A stretch of DNA of 64,000 nt from Ramazzottius varieornatus. Its lineage: Eukaryota > Animalia > Tardigrada. Made by a program: the position numbers and the translations under genes. The notes under the pieces are model-generated. The model saw only the letters and a program-made list of their open reading frames with translations. It was not told the DNA's origin and searched no databases. Where the stretch lies: contig BDGG01000008.1 of the NCBI GenBank assembly GCA_001949185.1, positions 186,001 through 250,000 of the forward strand. Direction: 5' to 3'. Below are positions 12,477 to 24,969 of the stretch, piece by piece (the stretch's first letter is position 1; every line of letters begins with the position of its first letter).

Positions 12477-13847
12477 ATGGAGCTCATCGCAAGTATACTC
12501 TTCTGGTGCACTTGGTCCTTGGGGGTGGATTCAGCAGGTGTGTGTCATTTTGAAACCCGTCATATTTGGCAATTGGCGCATTATGTAGTGCCGCACAATG
12601 GAAACGATATGATGTACTCATGTTTTACAGAAGTATCATCGAGCACTTTCGATCCGGCCACACAAAAGTATTTGGCGAATCAACTGAACAACTTTCGCCG
12701 GCAGGTGAGACCTTGTAATAAACAGAATACGAAATGCAGATGACCCATTTCTCCAAAGGTTCATAAGCTCTTTGATGTTAATCTGAAAGGTTTCTATTCG
12801 TTACACTGCACATTAATTTTTTGTTTGCAGGAACAAGCAACGGACATGTTCGAAATGGTCTGGGACGCGGAAGCACAGACCCTGGCACAGAAGCTAACTG
12901 ACCGATGCGTTTTCCGCCCGCCAGTTGGAACCGCCGAGGAGAAAACGTTTCTTCAAACTAAAAGTAAGAGTTTCCAGAAGCTCTAAATTCACGGACTCTC
13001 CGTGTACCTCTGAACAATTGATCGTTTATGCACCGATGACGTAGCGGGTTACTCATTTTTCAGACTTCCGTTGCGGACTCAACTTGGCTCGCGGAACTGG
13101 TCAGCTGGGATGGAATGAAACGTTGCAAATGTGGTACGCCAGCAAAAAGGATTTCAAATTTGGAGTTGACACGAGGAAACCAGTCTCTCCTTTTACAGCG
13201 GTAGGTTTCTCCAATGGGCCTCCATAATGATGCAATGGAACCTCGGAGATAACCACTTCCAACTCATTTTCAGATGGTGTGGGCCAGATCTTTCGCTTTC
13301 GGGTAAGCACCTTCATGAAAGCCGATAACATCTTTCCACGTAAGGCTTCCCATCGTAGGTGCGGCTACACCAAGTGCAAGCCGGGGACTCCGGCCCAGTT
13401 TGACTTTTTCGCCTGTACATTCTGTCCTGCGTAAGAACAACGGAGCGAGTTTTGTGCTCTATTCAAAAACAAAAATATATTATTTCATCCTGGTATATTA
13501 CAGGGGAAACATTCGACCGCGGCAGTTCGAGCCTTACACACCGGGAAGGGATGTTCAAGACGTCTGTGCCAGATGCCCAGGAGCCTGCACAGACCGACTC
13601 TGTAGTAAGCAACCGCTTAAACCTCAGAATGATGCGGTTTCTCATCGTTGAAGCAATAAATCGTGACAGTACACTGCTGCCTGTTCTTCCAGCGAACCCT
13701 TGTCCGTTCCAGAACGACTTCACGAACTGTGATACGGAGCTTTTCTTGTCCGGATGTGACTCAGTAGGCCCTAGTTCTCCGCTCTTTGATTTCAAACAAA
13801 AATGTAAAGCGACTTGTATTTGTAAATCCCAAGGATTGCTGTACTAA
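12477..13847 (+). CDS. Secreted CAP/CRISP-like protein, copy 2
   Basis: Signal peptide, LNNFRR, ATDMFEMVWD, CGLNLA, FTAMVWA, FACTFCPAGN, CARCPGACTDRLC, and CKATCICKSQGLLY*. Confidence 0.88.
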
Positions 13848-14232
13848 TTTGGTATCAATCTAATGGAATTTTATTGTATCATCTGTTCGTACGAGTGCGC
13901 ATCTACAGTAATTTGACAGCGAGGCGAAAAGGTGAGCCTGTGCTTCCTCTCGGACGCAACAGGTCGAGCAGGTCGCCGCACGAACATGCAACACTGTCAT
14001 CGCTATGAAGACAGAGATGGTCGACCGGATGTTCATATGAATGCATACTTCAAATTGAGATGAATTCCTGCTGGTAATGGATGTAACATTCATGGTCCGC
14101 GAAACCGGAAAACGTGCGCGGTCTACTCTTTCTGGTTTCTGGCATGCATATAAGTTGCCAATCACTGCTGCGTTTGCCTTGACTTGCTTCGCGAATATTC
14201 TGAGCTTTTCTTATCAAAAACCATCTGACGAA

Positions 14233-15425
14233 ATGATAACGATGTATTCCCTTATTATCACGGTATGCGCGTTGGCGCTTGTGAAGGTCGACTGCGCCAC
14301 CTATATGGAAGACCACCGGAAGCCAGGCGGCAAGCCAATGGATATGGATGCCCTGACTGCTTTAGGAGTCACACCGGTATCCGGCGAAGGTCCAGAAGGA
14401 CTAAACCATACACACGCTCCAGGAGAAGATTTGACCAACCACACCCACGAGGCAACCCCTGTTAAGATTCCCGACGTAGAGGACGCACTCGCTGCGGTAA
14501 CAGTAAATGGAACAGCGGATGAAATCGCCGATCGTTGGGGACCAACTGATACATCTGATCCTGTCGTACAATTCACCATTGTTGACCTGCATAACTCTTA
14601 CCGACGAAGACATCCGGCGGCTAATATGTTGATGATGAGATGGAGTACGGAAGCGGCGGACCTTGCCCAAGCTTGGGCCAATAACTGCACGTTCAACTAC
14701 AGCGAATGTGCCGTCCGAAACACGTCTAGTAAGTTTACCTTTCTTTTTGATTGTCCAGAGTCATTTAGCGAGGGCTTCGTCATCATTCCAGTGTACGAAT
14801 GTGGACAAACCATAGCAAGAAGCAGTTTCCAAATGAGCTGGAATGCCACGCTTCAGCTATGGTACAACCAAGTGAAAGACTTTCGGTTCAACCAAGACCC
14901 AACTGGATCTGGGATAGTGGGAGATTTCACTCAGATGGTGTGGGCTAAAACTTGGCAAGTCGGTAAGCTGATAATGCCTTCAACTCTCCATTGTGGAGGT
15001 ATTTAGGGATTCCTTTTCAGGTTGCGGATACCACTTCTGCTCGACTTCCGGGTTCCATCTCTACGTGTGCAACTACTGCCCTTCCGGAAACGATAAATGC
15101 AGCCTGAATAAACCATTTGAGCCTTCTCCAGATCGCGGACGAGTCTGTGATCGCTGTGGTGGACCATCTGCTTCAACTTGTCATAAAGGACTTTGCAGTA
15201 AGCAGTAGTCGGAAAAGTACGCAAGAAAATGCAGAAAATAATCATAAACCGGTCCGATTTTCAGCTAACCAATGCGAACAACGGAACGAACTATCCAACT
15301 GCGACAAGGCAGATGGTCACTTTCCTGCCCTATTCCCTGATGGGTGTTCCACCGATAAGAATGCCGAGTTCAAGACGTCGTGCAACGCCACTTGCGAATG
15401 CAAAGAGAAGGGACTTTTGTACTAG
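14233..15425 (+). CDS. Secreted CAP/CRISP-like protein, copy 3, with an N-terminal low-complexity His-containing linker
   Basis: Signal peptide MITMYSLIITVCALALVKVDC, LHNSYRR, AANMLMMRWS, GDFTQMVWAKTWQVGCG, YVCNYCPSGN, and CNATCECKEKGLLY*. Confidence 0.92.
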
Positions 15426-15695
15426 AGAAACTGACAGCTTTAATAACACAAAAAACCAACAATGATCAGATGTAATAAGGGGAAAGAGAAGTCTGACCAA
15501 CAATAAACGAAAAGCCTAATACCACTTCGAAAGGTTAGCCAATTAATGAAAATGAACACCAGTTAATATACGAAATAATATTCCTGCAGTAAATATCACA
15601 ACGGAAAATGTGTTATTCTCTACTAGTGATATTCAGCTGATGAAGTGGAACTATTTAAATCTTCAACTTAAAACGTTCAAAGAGAGAGAGAGAGA

Positions 15696-17221
15696 TCATT
15701 GTGCTTTCGAAGCAGCACATCGCTGTTTCTCAAAGTCCACTCGCTGCATAGCCAACTCCAGGCGACTAGCTTGAAGTCTTTCCTTCTCGCTTTCAATCTT
15801 CTGTCCGACGGCCAGCAGAACGTCAATACCTGCGTTGACCCTATTCACTTCTTCCTTCATGGCTTCGTCCTTGTGCCCGTCAGCCTCTGCGTCATCTTGA
15901 TCGATGGTCAGCTTGTTGGAGTATGTCTGGAGCTTCAGTCCGAGCTTCACCAACGCTTCCTTGGCGTCCTTCAGCTTGCCCTCTTCGACAGACTGCTCGT
16001 GTTCGCGTCGCTTTAGTTCCTCCTCCACGGTTAGCTCCTTGCGACCTCCGAGATATGAAATGATGATCTGGATAGCGTCTTCCATGTCACCGCCTAGCTT
16101 CAGGACCTTCAGCCGGTTGATCTGCAAACCACTGTCACCCGAATGATCGGCCGCACCTAAGAAGACCAAACTCTTAAAATCAAACCCTCAAAACTTAAAA
16201 GCTGAGACATCTAGCGAACTAGAAAACCGGAAATGCTACGAACCTGTGGAAGTTGAAGGTTGTAGTTCCGGAACCGTTGGCTGGTGCGCCGTCGATGTCG
16301 GAAGCGGTGACTGCGTAGGCTGCTTTTCAGCTACAGGCTTCGCCTTCTTGGAAAGACGTTTAGGCTTCGATGCGCTACTTGGAGTCGCATTCTTTCCTTG
16401 GGCCAGTCTTTTTGCTGCACTCTTAGCAGCCTTCTTTCTCTGCGCCGTAGCCAAAGTGAGAGGCTTCTTCTTCTTTTTGCGACGGCGGGTTTGCTTCTGC
16501 GAAGGAGATGGATCCATGCCGTTACGTTCTGGAGAAGCTTCTGCAAAACAGAATCAGACGGTCAATAGTTCCTCCTTATAACGGTAATGGTCTTAGTTGA
16601 CAGCAAGTATTTTGAACGTCTACGGCTCTGCAAGGCATTTTTCGGAGACAGCTGATTCAGCCACTCACCTTCGGCGGTCTCTGGTTCAATGTCAGGAGGC
16701 ATCTCAAAACGGGGAAACGATACCCACATTACCTCTTCGTTCGTTTCTAGACTTTCTTCCGATTCCTTCGCTGCAATTAACCCATAGCTGAGCAACAATC
16801 AATTTCTGACATTCTGGATCGGTCTGTCGATAACTAGCGCAACTTTACAAGCGCACCCACCTTTCATACTCTTCTTTCGCTCTCTAGTGGAAGCGCTTCG
16901 ACCGGGTGACACTGTAACAGAGCTCTTCTGAGGTGTACGAAAAGAAGAGCCATCTTCCTCCGACTGATGCAACATTTGTGTCGGTTTGGTTGCTGACTTG
17001 CTTCGACCTAAGATAACCACCACGGCATAAGACATACAGATCCAGTTACCATCCAGATGTATGCCACAACCAAAGGAAAACAATAAACACTCGACCAAAC
17101 GTGGGCTCTAACCTTTCTTCGGAGCCGTTGTAGGACGGTTCTGCAGCTCACTCCCGGATCCGTTAGAAGCTACATCCGTTTCGCCATTCTTCGTAGCACT
17201 GTCCAGCGTTTTCCGCGCCAT
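15696..17221 (-). CDS. Orphan protein with basic disordered N-terminal and central regions (NLS-like RRRKKKKK) and a C-terminal coiled coil
   Basis: ATG at 17221 (MARKTLDSATKNGE...) and minus-strand exon ORFs 16799-17010, 16562-16798, 16236-16540 and 15696-16157. The last exon is rich in E/K/L heptads. Confidence 0.6.
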
Positions 17222-17604
17222 ACCCCGATACTTTACAGTCCAGTGGAAAAAGTTCCGATCGCACACAGGCTGCCACTGAGCCTACGGTGAAGATGTCTTC
17301 GCCAAACACTTATAGACGAATGCCAAACTCCCGTGGATATTCTAAGGATTTCGAAACTTAGAAGGGGTCATGCAAAAACGGGGTCCAGGGACACTTTTGT
17401 TGGATTTTGTTGATTGATTGTGGCTTGATTGTTGTAGGAGATGGTTTCGCCTTGGGCCCCGGGCGAAATCTGTCGGAACCCTCGAATCGCCGCAACATTG
17501 CAACAACCATGGGAGTGAAATCACAACAGCGAAACAGCATAGCCTGGTTTCTGTCTGTAATTAATCAAACGTGTTCCTATTGTTTCAGGGGATATCAGTT
17601 CGCG

Positions 17605-19127
17605 ATGATAGCCAGGGGACTGCGAATTGCTGGAGCGAGATGGCAGCCGATGCGATTCTGTTGGAGATGCGGAGCAAGCGAAAGCATGACTTCCGGTCGC
17701 TCAATGCGGACATCATCCTACCCCTCCGTGACCTCACAACCACTATCCTTGTCCGGAACTCGCTTATATTCAAGTGCTAGTCTAGACTCTCGTCATATCC
17801 TCCACACTGAAGAGGAAGAAGATCCCTTAGGCTCATTTGACGTCGAGAAGCATTGGGGAGACCCCAATGCTCGGGCGCATGGGTCATTCGACGGAGAGTC
17901 CGACGACGTACCCAACGAAGAAGCAGACTCGCGGTTGATCCCCAACAGGACGATGCATGATAAACGTCCGCACATCCCTGTTCTGTGTAAAGAAGTCCTG
18001 GACTGTTTTTGCAGGCTGGACAACCTCGCGGACAATGGTCCTTTCTTCTTAGATATGACGTTCGGGGCAGGTGGACACACCGCGGCTCTGTTAGATACCT
18101 TCCCTGAGTGTCGAGTTGTCGCTCTGGACAGAGATCCCTCTGTGTTGGAATATGCGATGCAGCTTCAAGAAAAGTATCCCGAAAGGTTGCTACCGATAAT
18201 CGGGAAGTTCAGCGAGATTCCGGAACTCTTCAAGCAGCACATGGTCAATAAGCCCTTCGACGGAATACTTCTTGACGCAGGCTGCTCTTCCATGCAGATG
18301 GACCAGAGTTCCCGAGGCTTCGCTTTCAGCCACCCGGAGTCCCCACTGGATATGAGGATGGAAGGACAGACGAGTTCTTCGAGTATCACAGCCGCGGATA
18401 TCGTTAACAGGATGAACGAGGAAAATCTGCTCAGTTTGTTCAAGAAATACGGCGAAGAGAAGCAAGCTGCCAAAAGTAAGTTCAAGATTGCTTCCGGTAC
18501 TCCAGCCATTGCCTGTCATTCGAGTTTTTCTTCGTAGTTGCTCGAGCAATAGTGGAGAGTCGTTTCATGATGAAGAGGATTGAAACGACGGGGGACCTGG
18601 CGGATGTCGTCTACGATGTGGTAGGTGGTGGACGAACTGACCGTATTGGGCGTGTCCAGCATCCCGCCACAAAGATTTTTCAGGCTTTGAGGATATTCAT
18701 TAACGACGAGCTGAATGAGCTCGACTATGCGATGGCCATAGCGCATAAGCTACTTAGGCCGCGAGGAATATTTGTAGGTATTACGTTTCACTCAATGGAG
18801 TGCAAAATTGTTAAGGAGAACCTCCACAGTGCTGACTGGAGAAACAGGTACACGGAAGCTCGTTGCATGTTCTGTCAGAAATCGCATGAATGCTGACGAG
18901 ATCTGCTGATATTTTTCAGGTTGCTTCACGATCGCAACAATCCGGTGGGAGCGAGAGTATATCAGAACCAAGCAAAGTGGCTTCCGAAGGAAGATGTGTT
19001 AGATGCGATGCAGTTCAGATGGACAGCCATAAACAAGCATGTAATTACGCCGACGGACGAAGAAATTGATTACAATCCTCGTTCCAGATCGGCTAAATTG
19101 CGAGCAGCAATGAAAAACTCTGTCTAA
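17605..19127 (+). CDS. METTL15: Mitochondrial 12S rRNA m4C methyltransferase (RsmH/MraW family)
   Basis: Arg-rich transit peptide, HIPVLCKEV, DMTFGAGGHT, LDRDP, DGILLDAGCSSMQ, PLDMRM, YGEEK, HPATKIFQALRIFINDEL, ITFHSME and NPRSRSAKLR. Confidence 0.95.
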
Positions 19128-21006
19128 CTTAGATCTAGACTTGCTGGAAATTCTCAGATTTTGGCGAATTTGGCGAATGAAGGAACAGGTGTCGAGCGCA
19201 GGTGTGCAATGAGCATCAGAACATGACGACACGCACCTAAAAACAGCGGTTACGACACCGTTTGACTTGATTAGATGCACTCGAACGCTGAACAACTACA
19301 AGACTGCTTGGTTGACGAAAATTTGCGCTGCGTGCATTCAGCCGGTAAAGAGGCTGAACAAAGTAGTCGAATTGAGCCAATCGTAGATTTATTCAGGAAA
19401 TGGAGAATTTCCAGCAACTCTACTCAGATCGCCCAGTGTTTTTGTGGCTGTGTCTCTGACCGGTAAACTTGTAGACTTCCACTGTACCGATACGAGAACT
19501 CGCAAGAATATGGTATGAACTCGTCTGCGAAATGCGTAGGCCTATGTACAAATATCAACGTTGGTAACTTGACTCTAGAAAAACTTTCAGAAATCCATTA
19601 CAAAATCATCAGGAAAAGCGTACGCTGTCCCTCCATACCCACGAATTTTTCTGTGCTTGTTCATACGGACAAGAAGTCTTCCAAAGAAACCCGAGTCCAA
19701 CGAGTTGAGCTTGCGACCGTTACTTGTCGCCATGGTAGTCTAATCATGCTCGTCCAAGTTGCCGGTACCGTTCAGGTAGTCTTCCCCGTACAAATCGCGT
19801 AGACGAGTCTGCAAAAGGATGATGCCGTCATTACCGTGGTTCTACGGAATTTTACGAATGCCTTACGAGTGCAACACTATTATTCTGAGAAGACTTAACT
19901 TCATTCTAGCCATCCTGGTCCGCATGTTCAACCGCCTGCAACGCGTCACCTTCCACAGAATTCGGCAACTTCATCAACCACTGCAATTGCTCGTTACGAT
20001 AGAGCCAAACTCTAAAGAATCCCTCTGACTTCGGGATCTATCCCAACCCAGCTCGATTAATTGTTCCATCACCCTTCCAAAACACTTCCAGCTGCGCAAT
20101 CTCCACTGTTTAGTTCCACATGAGGATTACCGTTTTATCGTTGGCGCAGAGACTCTATTTGTCCTTTGGTGGATAGTTTCTCGACGATTACAACTTCCCG
20201 CATCGCTTCATGAAGGCAGCAAAAGTATGGCTATGCATTGAAGCAGGAAGTAACACGCTGTACTTAGATAAGAGTAAACGGAAGAGGGGAACGCTATTCA
20301 CTATATCATTATAAACAGATTTTGCAGTCCTCAAAATCTTCCTCATTTGTAGCAATGCACAGCTCGTGGGCCTCGGGAGGTGTTCTTGAAACTCAAGGGC
20401 TCAACTAAAGGCGGTAAATATTGGAAATTTCCGAAACCGAACAGAAAGAAGTAATCATTGCAGCAAGTTACTTTTTTAGCGAGGAGAAAATCGGCTGCGG
20501 CGTAGTGAAAGCCATCCCAGTCACTTGTATACCGATGGTAACATATTATGCGTGATTGTCGTAATATTCTCAGTTCTGGTGACGAAGCTGCACATGTGTC
20601 CGCGACGAGGAAGAGCCTTCATCCTTCGAGACACGGGTGATGTTCGAGATCCACTGCGAGCCGCAGTCAAAACCGGTTTAATGTCCTCTACCACTGATCA
20701 GCGAACAGCACTAAGCTTGATGATTATACCGTACTAATTGCTGTGTACCGAGATAGCTACTTTTAGTTCGACCGAGAGCTACAATTTTGAAGCTGCTTTA
20801 AAAAGGTGCAATTTGAAAACGATGAAAACGAGATGACAAAAGAGATAAAACGAAAAACTGCTGAAAGACATCATTTCAGTTTGCTTGCTATTGAAACGAG
20901 AAGATAGTTAAACTTAACCACTTATTAAAAAAGATAGCTTGAGCTTTTTGGGTTCTGCTGGTCACAGTGAGTACGCATCTTCCTGCAAACTCCGTTTGGT
21001 GCCGTC

Positions 21007-23785
21007 TCAGAATGCCGTGTTGGCGATCTGGATCTCGTCTTCACGATTCCGGCGCCACTGATTCGGACGGTACTAAAAGCAGATACAAAGTTTTCAACAT
21101 CTTCTCACTTCCGAAATCAGCAAACTGGAATGAGTTTCTGTGAAATTAGCCGTAAAGTATACCTTGATGAGCCATTGGCCAGAAGGCGAGTGAGGACGGA
21201 GATATGCATACACCACCCAGGCAAGAACGGACCCAATGATGACAACAGTGGTCACAGCAGCAATGGCTATCCCGTAATTCACACGGGTAGAACCTAAAAA
21301 GGCACCAAGATTACTCAGTACGTGGCTTGTCAAAAATACAACCCAACCTGCATACATCTAGCCCTACGGCTCGAATGGTACACGAGTATGCAGGTGGACG
21401 ATATTAAATACGCAGTAGTCTTCCCGCTCACCTTCGCTTGGTGCTATGGCCACATAATCGTTACTCATAGCCATCTTGGTACCGACATCAAGGCTACCAT
21501 TGAGTAGCGTATATCTGGATCGGTCTCCGAACTGAATGCTGTTCGGGTCGGTGTTCTGCGTCTGGCGACTCTTTCCCGGTGTGGTGGAGTACTGCGATAC
21601 TTCGACACTTGTTGCTTTCTTCGTGGAGTTGCTGGTTGTCTTGTTCGTCCCACTTGGCTTGGTGGTCATCTTCGGTGAGAGTGAAGCGGGAGAGGGTACG
21701 GGTTTCGGACAGGTACCGTTAGTCGCGCTGTGATGACATCCGGCCGTAACCCATTCCTGGTGGAAGCGGTCGATGCCGTCACTGCATCGTTCGAGCTTTT
21801 CACACCAACGACAACCGTGGGTCGTATTAGCCGTGAGACATGTTTCGCACGTTGTCATCGCTGTGCAAGCTGAAACGGAAAAGACAATTCAATTATGATT
21901 ATACAGACGGTTACTTGATCAAATATTGTTTTATGGTCAACTTTCAACACACAATCTTATTAGTCGAGCAGTCTGGCTAACGTACTTGGTAGAGCCTTGA
22001 GGACCAACGCGGAGCCATTCTCGATGTTGCCGTTGTTGAGCGCGATCCGATGATATTCGAAGATCGTTCGGTACCTGATAACTAAACCCAAAAGACAGGA
22101 TAATAACTTTGATAGGGTTCGTCGTGTCCCAAAGAAGCAGGAAGAACACCTTACTGAATTTGGCCTTGTCAATCATGTAAGCGTCCGATACGCCAACTTT
22201 CACCGGATGTGTCTCGTTTGGGATGTTGTTAACGGCCACCGGAATCTGCCAAGAGGAAAGTATCAGATCAAACCAAAGACAATGGAAGGAAGAAGGAACG
22301 TGCCACGCCCCACGTTACAGTATTCTCTTAGAGCTCTGGGTATTAACCCATTTTCTTAGTTAAATACCTTGACGTAGTAGAACGAGATGGTGCCATCCTT
22401 CCGTAGTGTCGTTTGAAAGGTGAAAGGTCCAGCTGAATAAGCAACGTCGGCAACGTCGAACGCAACAGGTATCAAGTGGTAGAAAAACGATCACACTAAA
22501 TTAAAAGGCTACCTTCTGGCTTTTCGTGCAGCACAGCGTTCTTCCATTCCACGGTTAAAGCAGTACCGTTGTCGCAGTAGCGAAGCGTTGAGTCGTTCCG
22601 CTTTTCAAAGTCAAAATCAGCCATCAGAGGTGCGATGTACTGTGAACACACAGAAACAATAGATTTGAAATAGGATACCATCCAAACCTCCGGAGAAACC
22701 CCTGACAAACCTGGGTCGCCGCAATCCACGAATGGTCGGGATTGCCGGTGTACAGAAAACCTGTCAACCGAAGATTGCTGAACAACTCAAAATATCCAAA
22801 GCAATCGCACTACCCATGACGGTCAATCTTTGTGCCGATTCTGGCGAGAAATTATATTTCCTTATAAAGTTCTTTGAGGTAGATTTCAACGTACCTCCTG
22901 TAGCAATCGTCAGGTTACGCAGACGCGAGCCGTAGAAAGGAAAGTCAAAGGACAATGTGATACCCTGAAAAAGAAAAGAGACTAGGCCTGGCGTGCATCA
23001 TTACATATCCGGAGACCAGAAGTGCGCATCAGTTAACTAACAAACGTCAGTATTAATAAACTCCGCAGTAATCATACCGCCGCTTTGAGGTGGGACCTTG
23101 ACAGTCCTTCGTGGAGCGTGCTACAGGAATCGTTGAGATCCAGGTTCACGTAGTACTTCTGCGAACTGTTGGCCTTCGTCAGCAGCGAGACGGTGTAGTA
23201 AATGTGATGCTCCTGAAAAGCAGACCAAGAAAATCGATGAATTAGCATTCACGAGATCTGCAATGCACAATCTGCTAGATGCGATATACACATTCTCTGA
23301 AGCAGAGTGAACAGTTATTGCACGGTTATGTAAGTGTAGCAAAACACCTATTTATTCCCCAAGGAATGATCGATACATGGACAAAGTAAAGTAAGACGTT
23401 ACCTCAAATAAGCTAAGATTCTTGGGTTGATCGAAAGAGCTGTTGGTAGCCACAGGCACAACGTCTTCCGGAAATGAAAAGTCGGAATTGAAAGTACCGA
23501 ACTGGCGCTTCGCTCCTGGTCCAGCAAGTGATGTAGAAGAAATCTGCCGGACACTGCGATCCTCAACAGGGTCCATGGCATCCAGAGGCACGAAACTCTC
23601 TGTGATTCGAGGACCTGCAAACAGCGGTTCGATCATCGTCGAGACTCAAGAGCGTAACATGACAAACAAACAGCATCGCCGCTCTTTCGCATATCAAGCT
23701 TACCATCAGAAAATATATTACAAGAGCATAATTCACAATGCAGGAACAGCGGAAGGAATAAGGCCAGAAGGCCCAGGCTGTCCAT
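21007..23785 (-). CDS. Plexin domain-containing protein (PLXDC1/2, TEM7-like) type I membrane receptor
   Basis: Signal peptide MDSLGLLALFLPLFLHCELCSC, LSFDFPFYG..LRNLTIATGG, QYIAPLMADFD, HPVKVGVSDAY, PSI domain CETCL...CRWCEKLERCSDGIDRFHQEWVTAGC, TM helix, and tail YAYLRPHSPSGQWLIKYRPNQW. Confidence 0.92.
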
Positions 23786-24761
23786 GGTGCTGCCTAGCAG
23801 AGATCCAGGCCACTGGTCAGTGGGTTTCTACGATACTGGTCTAATTTCAAAGGATCATCTGGATCACAATGAGTTCATCTTCGGGAAATTTTTCTGTAGA
23901 AGAAAATGGATAATTTAATATCGCACGAGGAGACGATTATGGGCTCACTGGGCTGGCATCTTCATCAGTAAACTCGGCCACGCAGAATCACTTGTGTGAT
24001 GGAATCAACATCATCAGAATGATCCTGTCTTCTCGTAGCGTGCGCATGGGTGTGAAGAGGCCGGTCTGCTTCCCTGTCCCTGTCTCTGTCACTCTGCGAC
24101 ATGAACCGCACAGGGAAAGGCTCGTCATCAGAAACCTGAGAACAAAAGAGCAACGGCAACGGCTGTGCGCTGTGGCAGAGTGCAGCCCTGGGCATGTGTG
24201 ATAAGGTCACAGGTGGTACAACATAAAGTCGACGCTTCGGACGCTTCCAGGATCACATCTTGACTAAGGCCGGGAATATTCCCGCCCAAATGCGGCAAAC
24301 GAGTCCAGAATTACAGTAGCGGGAAAATCCCGCCCAGACATGAGGACCGGGAACGTCTGCCTGGGAAGACCAGGAACGCTACTTGACGTGGGAATTAAAA
24401 TTAATACTAGATATAAATAAGGAAATATAAGGCGAAACATGAGTCGATCCACCGACTTCCAGGTCTCGAGAATGTCTTTCTGGTGCAGCGGTAGCGTTTG
24501 CTGGCTTGACTAACATTTTTCCGTTTTCGTACTGATTCATGTTGGGCCGCGTGGCACCCTGCTACCTCGGTCCATAAGGGCATACCTTGATTTTTAATTC
24601 TAACTGCACAGTCCAAGCGTGCTCGAGACACCGCAGAACATTTCAGATACCACGGCTCAGTTTTTCCGCAAATACCTTACGTCAGTTACCACGCTCTACC
24701 ACGTTTTACCCTTCAGGTTGTGTATACGTTTGTATGCTTCCTCTAATGCTTTTATTGTCTT

Positions 24762-24969
24762 GTACACGCTCGATGGAAAATTACAGGACAGTAAAGTTGT
24801 GGGACAGGCGGAAAGGACGGTAAAATGGAATTTCAACCGCAGAAAAGTGTTGAAAAGTACAACGGTGTGAATCGGTCGTGTACGTACGTGCTTCCGTACC
24901 ACCGCTACCGTAGCGAAAAGCCCTGTCCCAATTTTTTTACTGTCCCCTAATTAACCATCGTGCGTGTAC
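24762..24969. mobile_element. MITE family A, copy 1 (TA-flanked CACG...CGTG termini)
   Basis: TIRs tacacgctcgatggaaaatta / taattaaccatcgtgcgtgta. The internal tgggacaggcggaaaggacgg and ccgtagcgaaaa..cctgtcc are shared with 57781-57965. Confidence 0.8.

Noticed and set aside
17407-19127. Bacterial rsmH/mraW acquired by HGT or contamination
   Set aside because: It has a mitochondrial-type presequence and spliceosomal introns, so it is ordinary METTL15.
19515-20110. Coding-like minus-strand sequence between METTL15 and PLXDC
   Set aside because: Multiple in-frame stops and no recognisable family; it may be a decayed gene or TE but cannot be supported.
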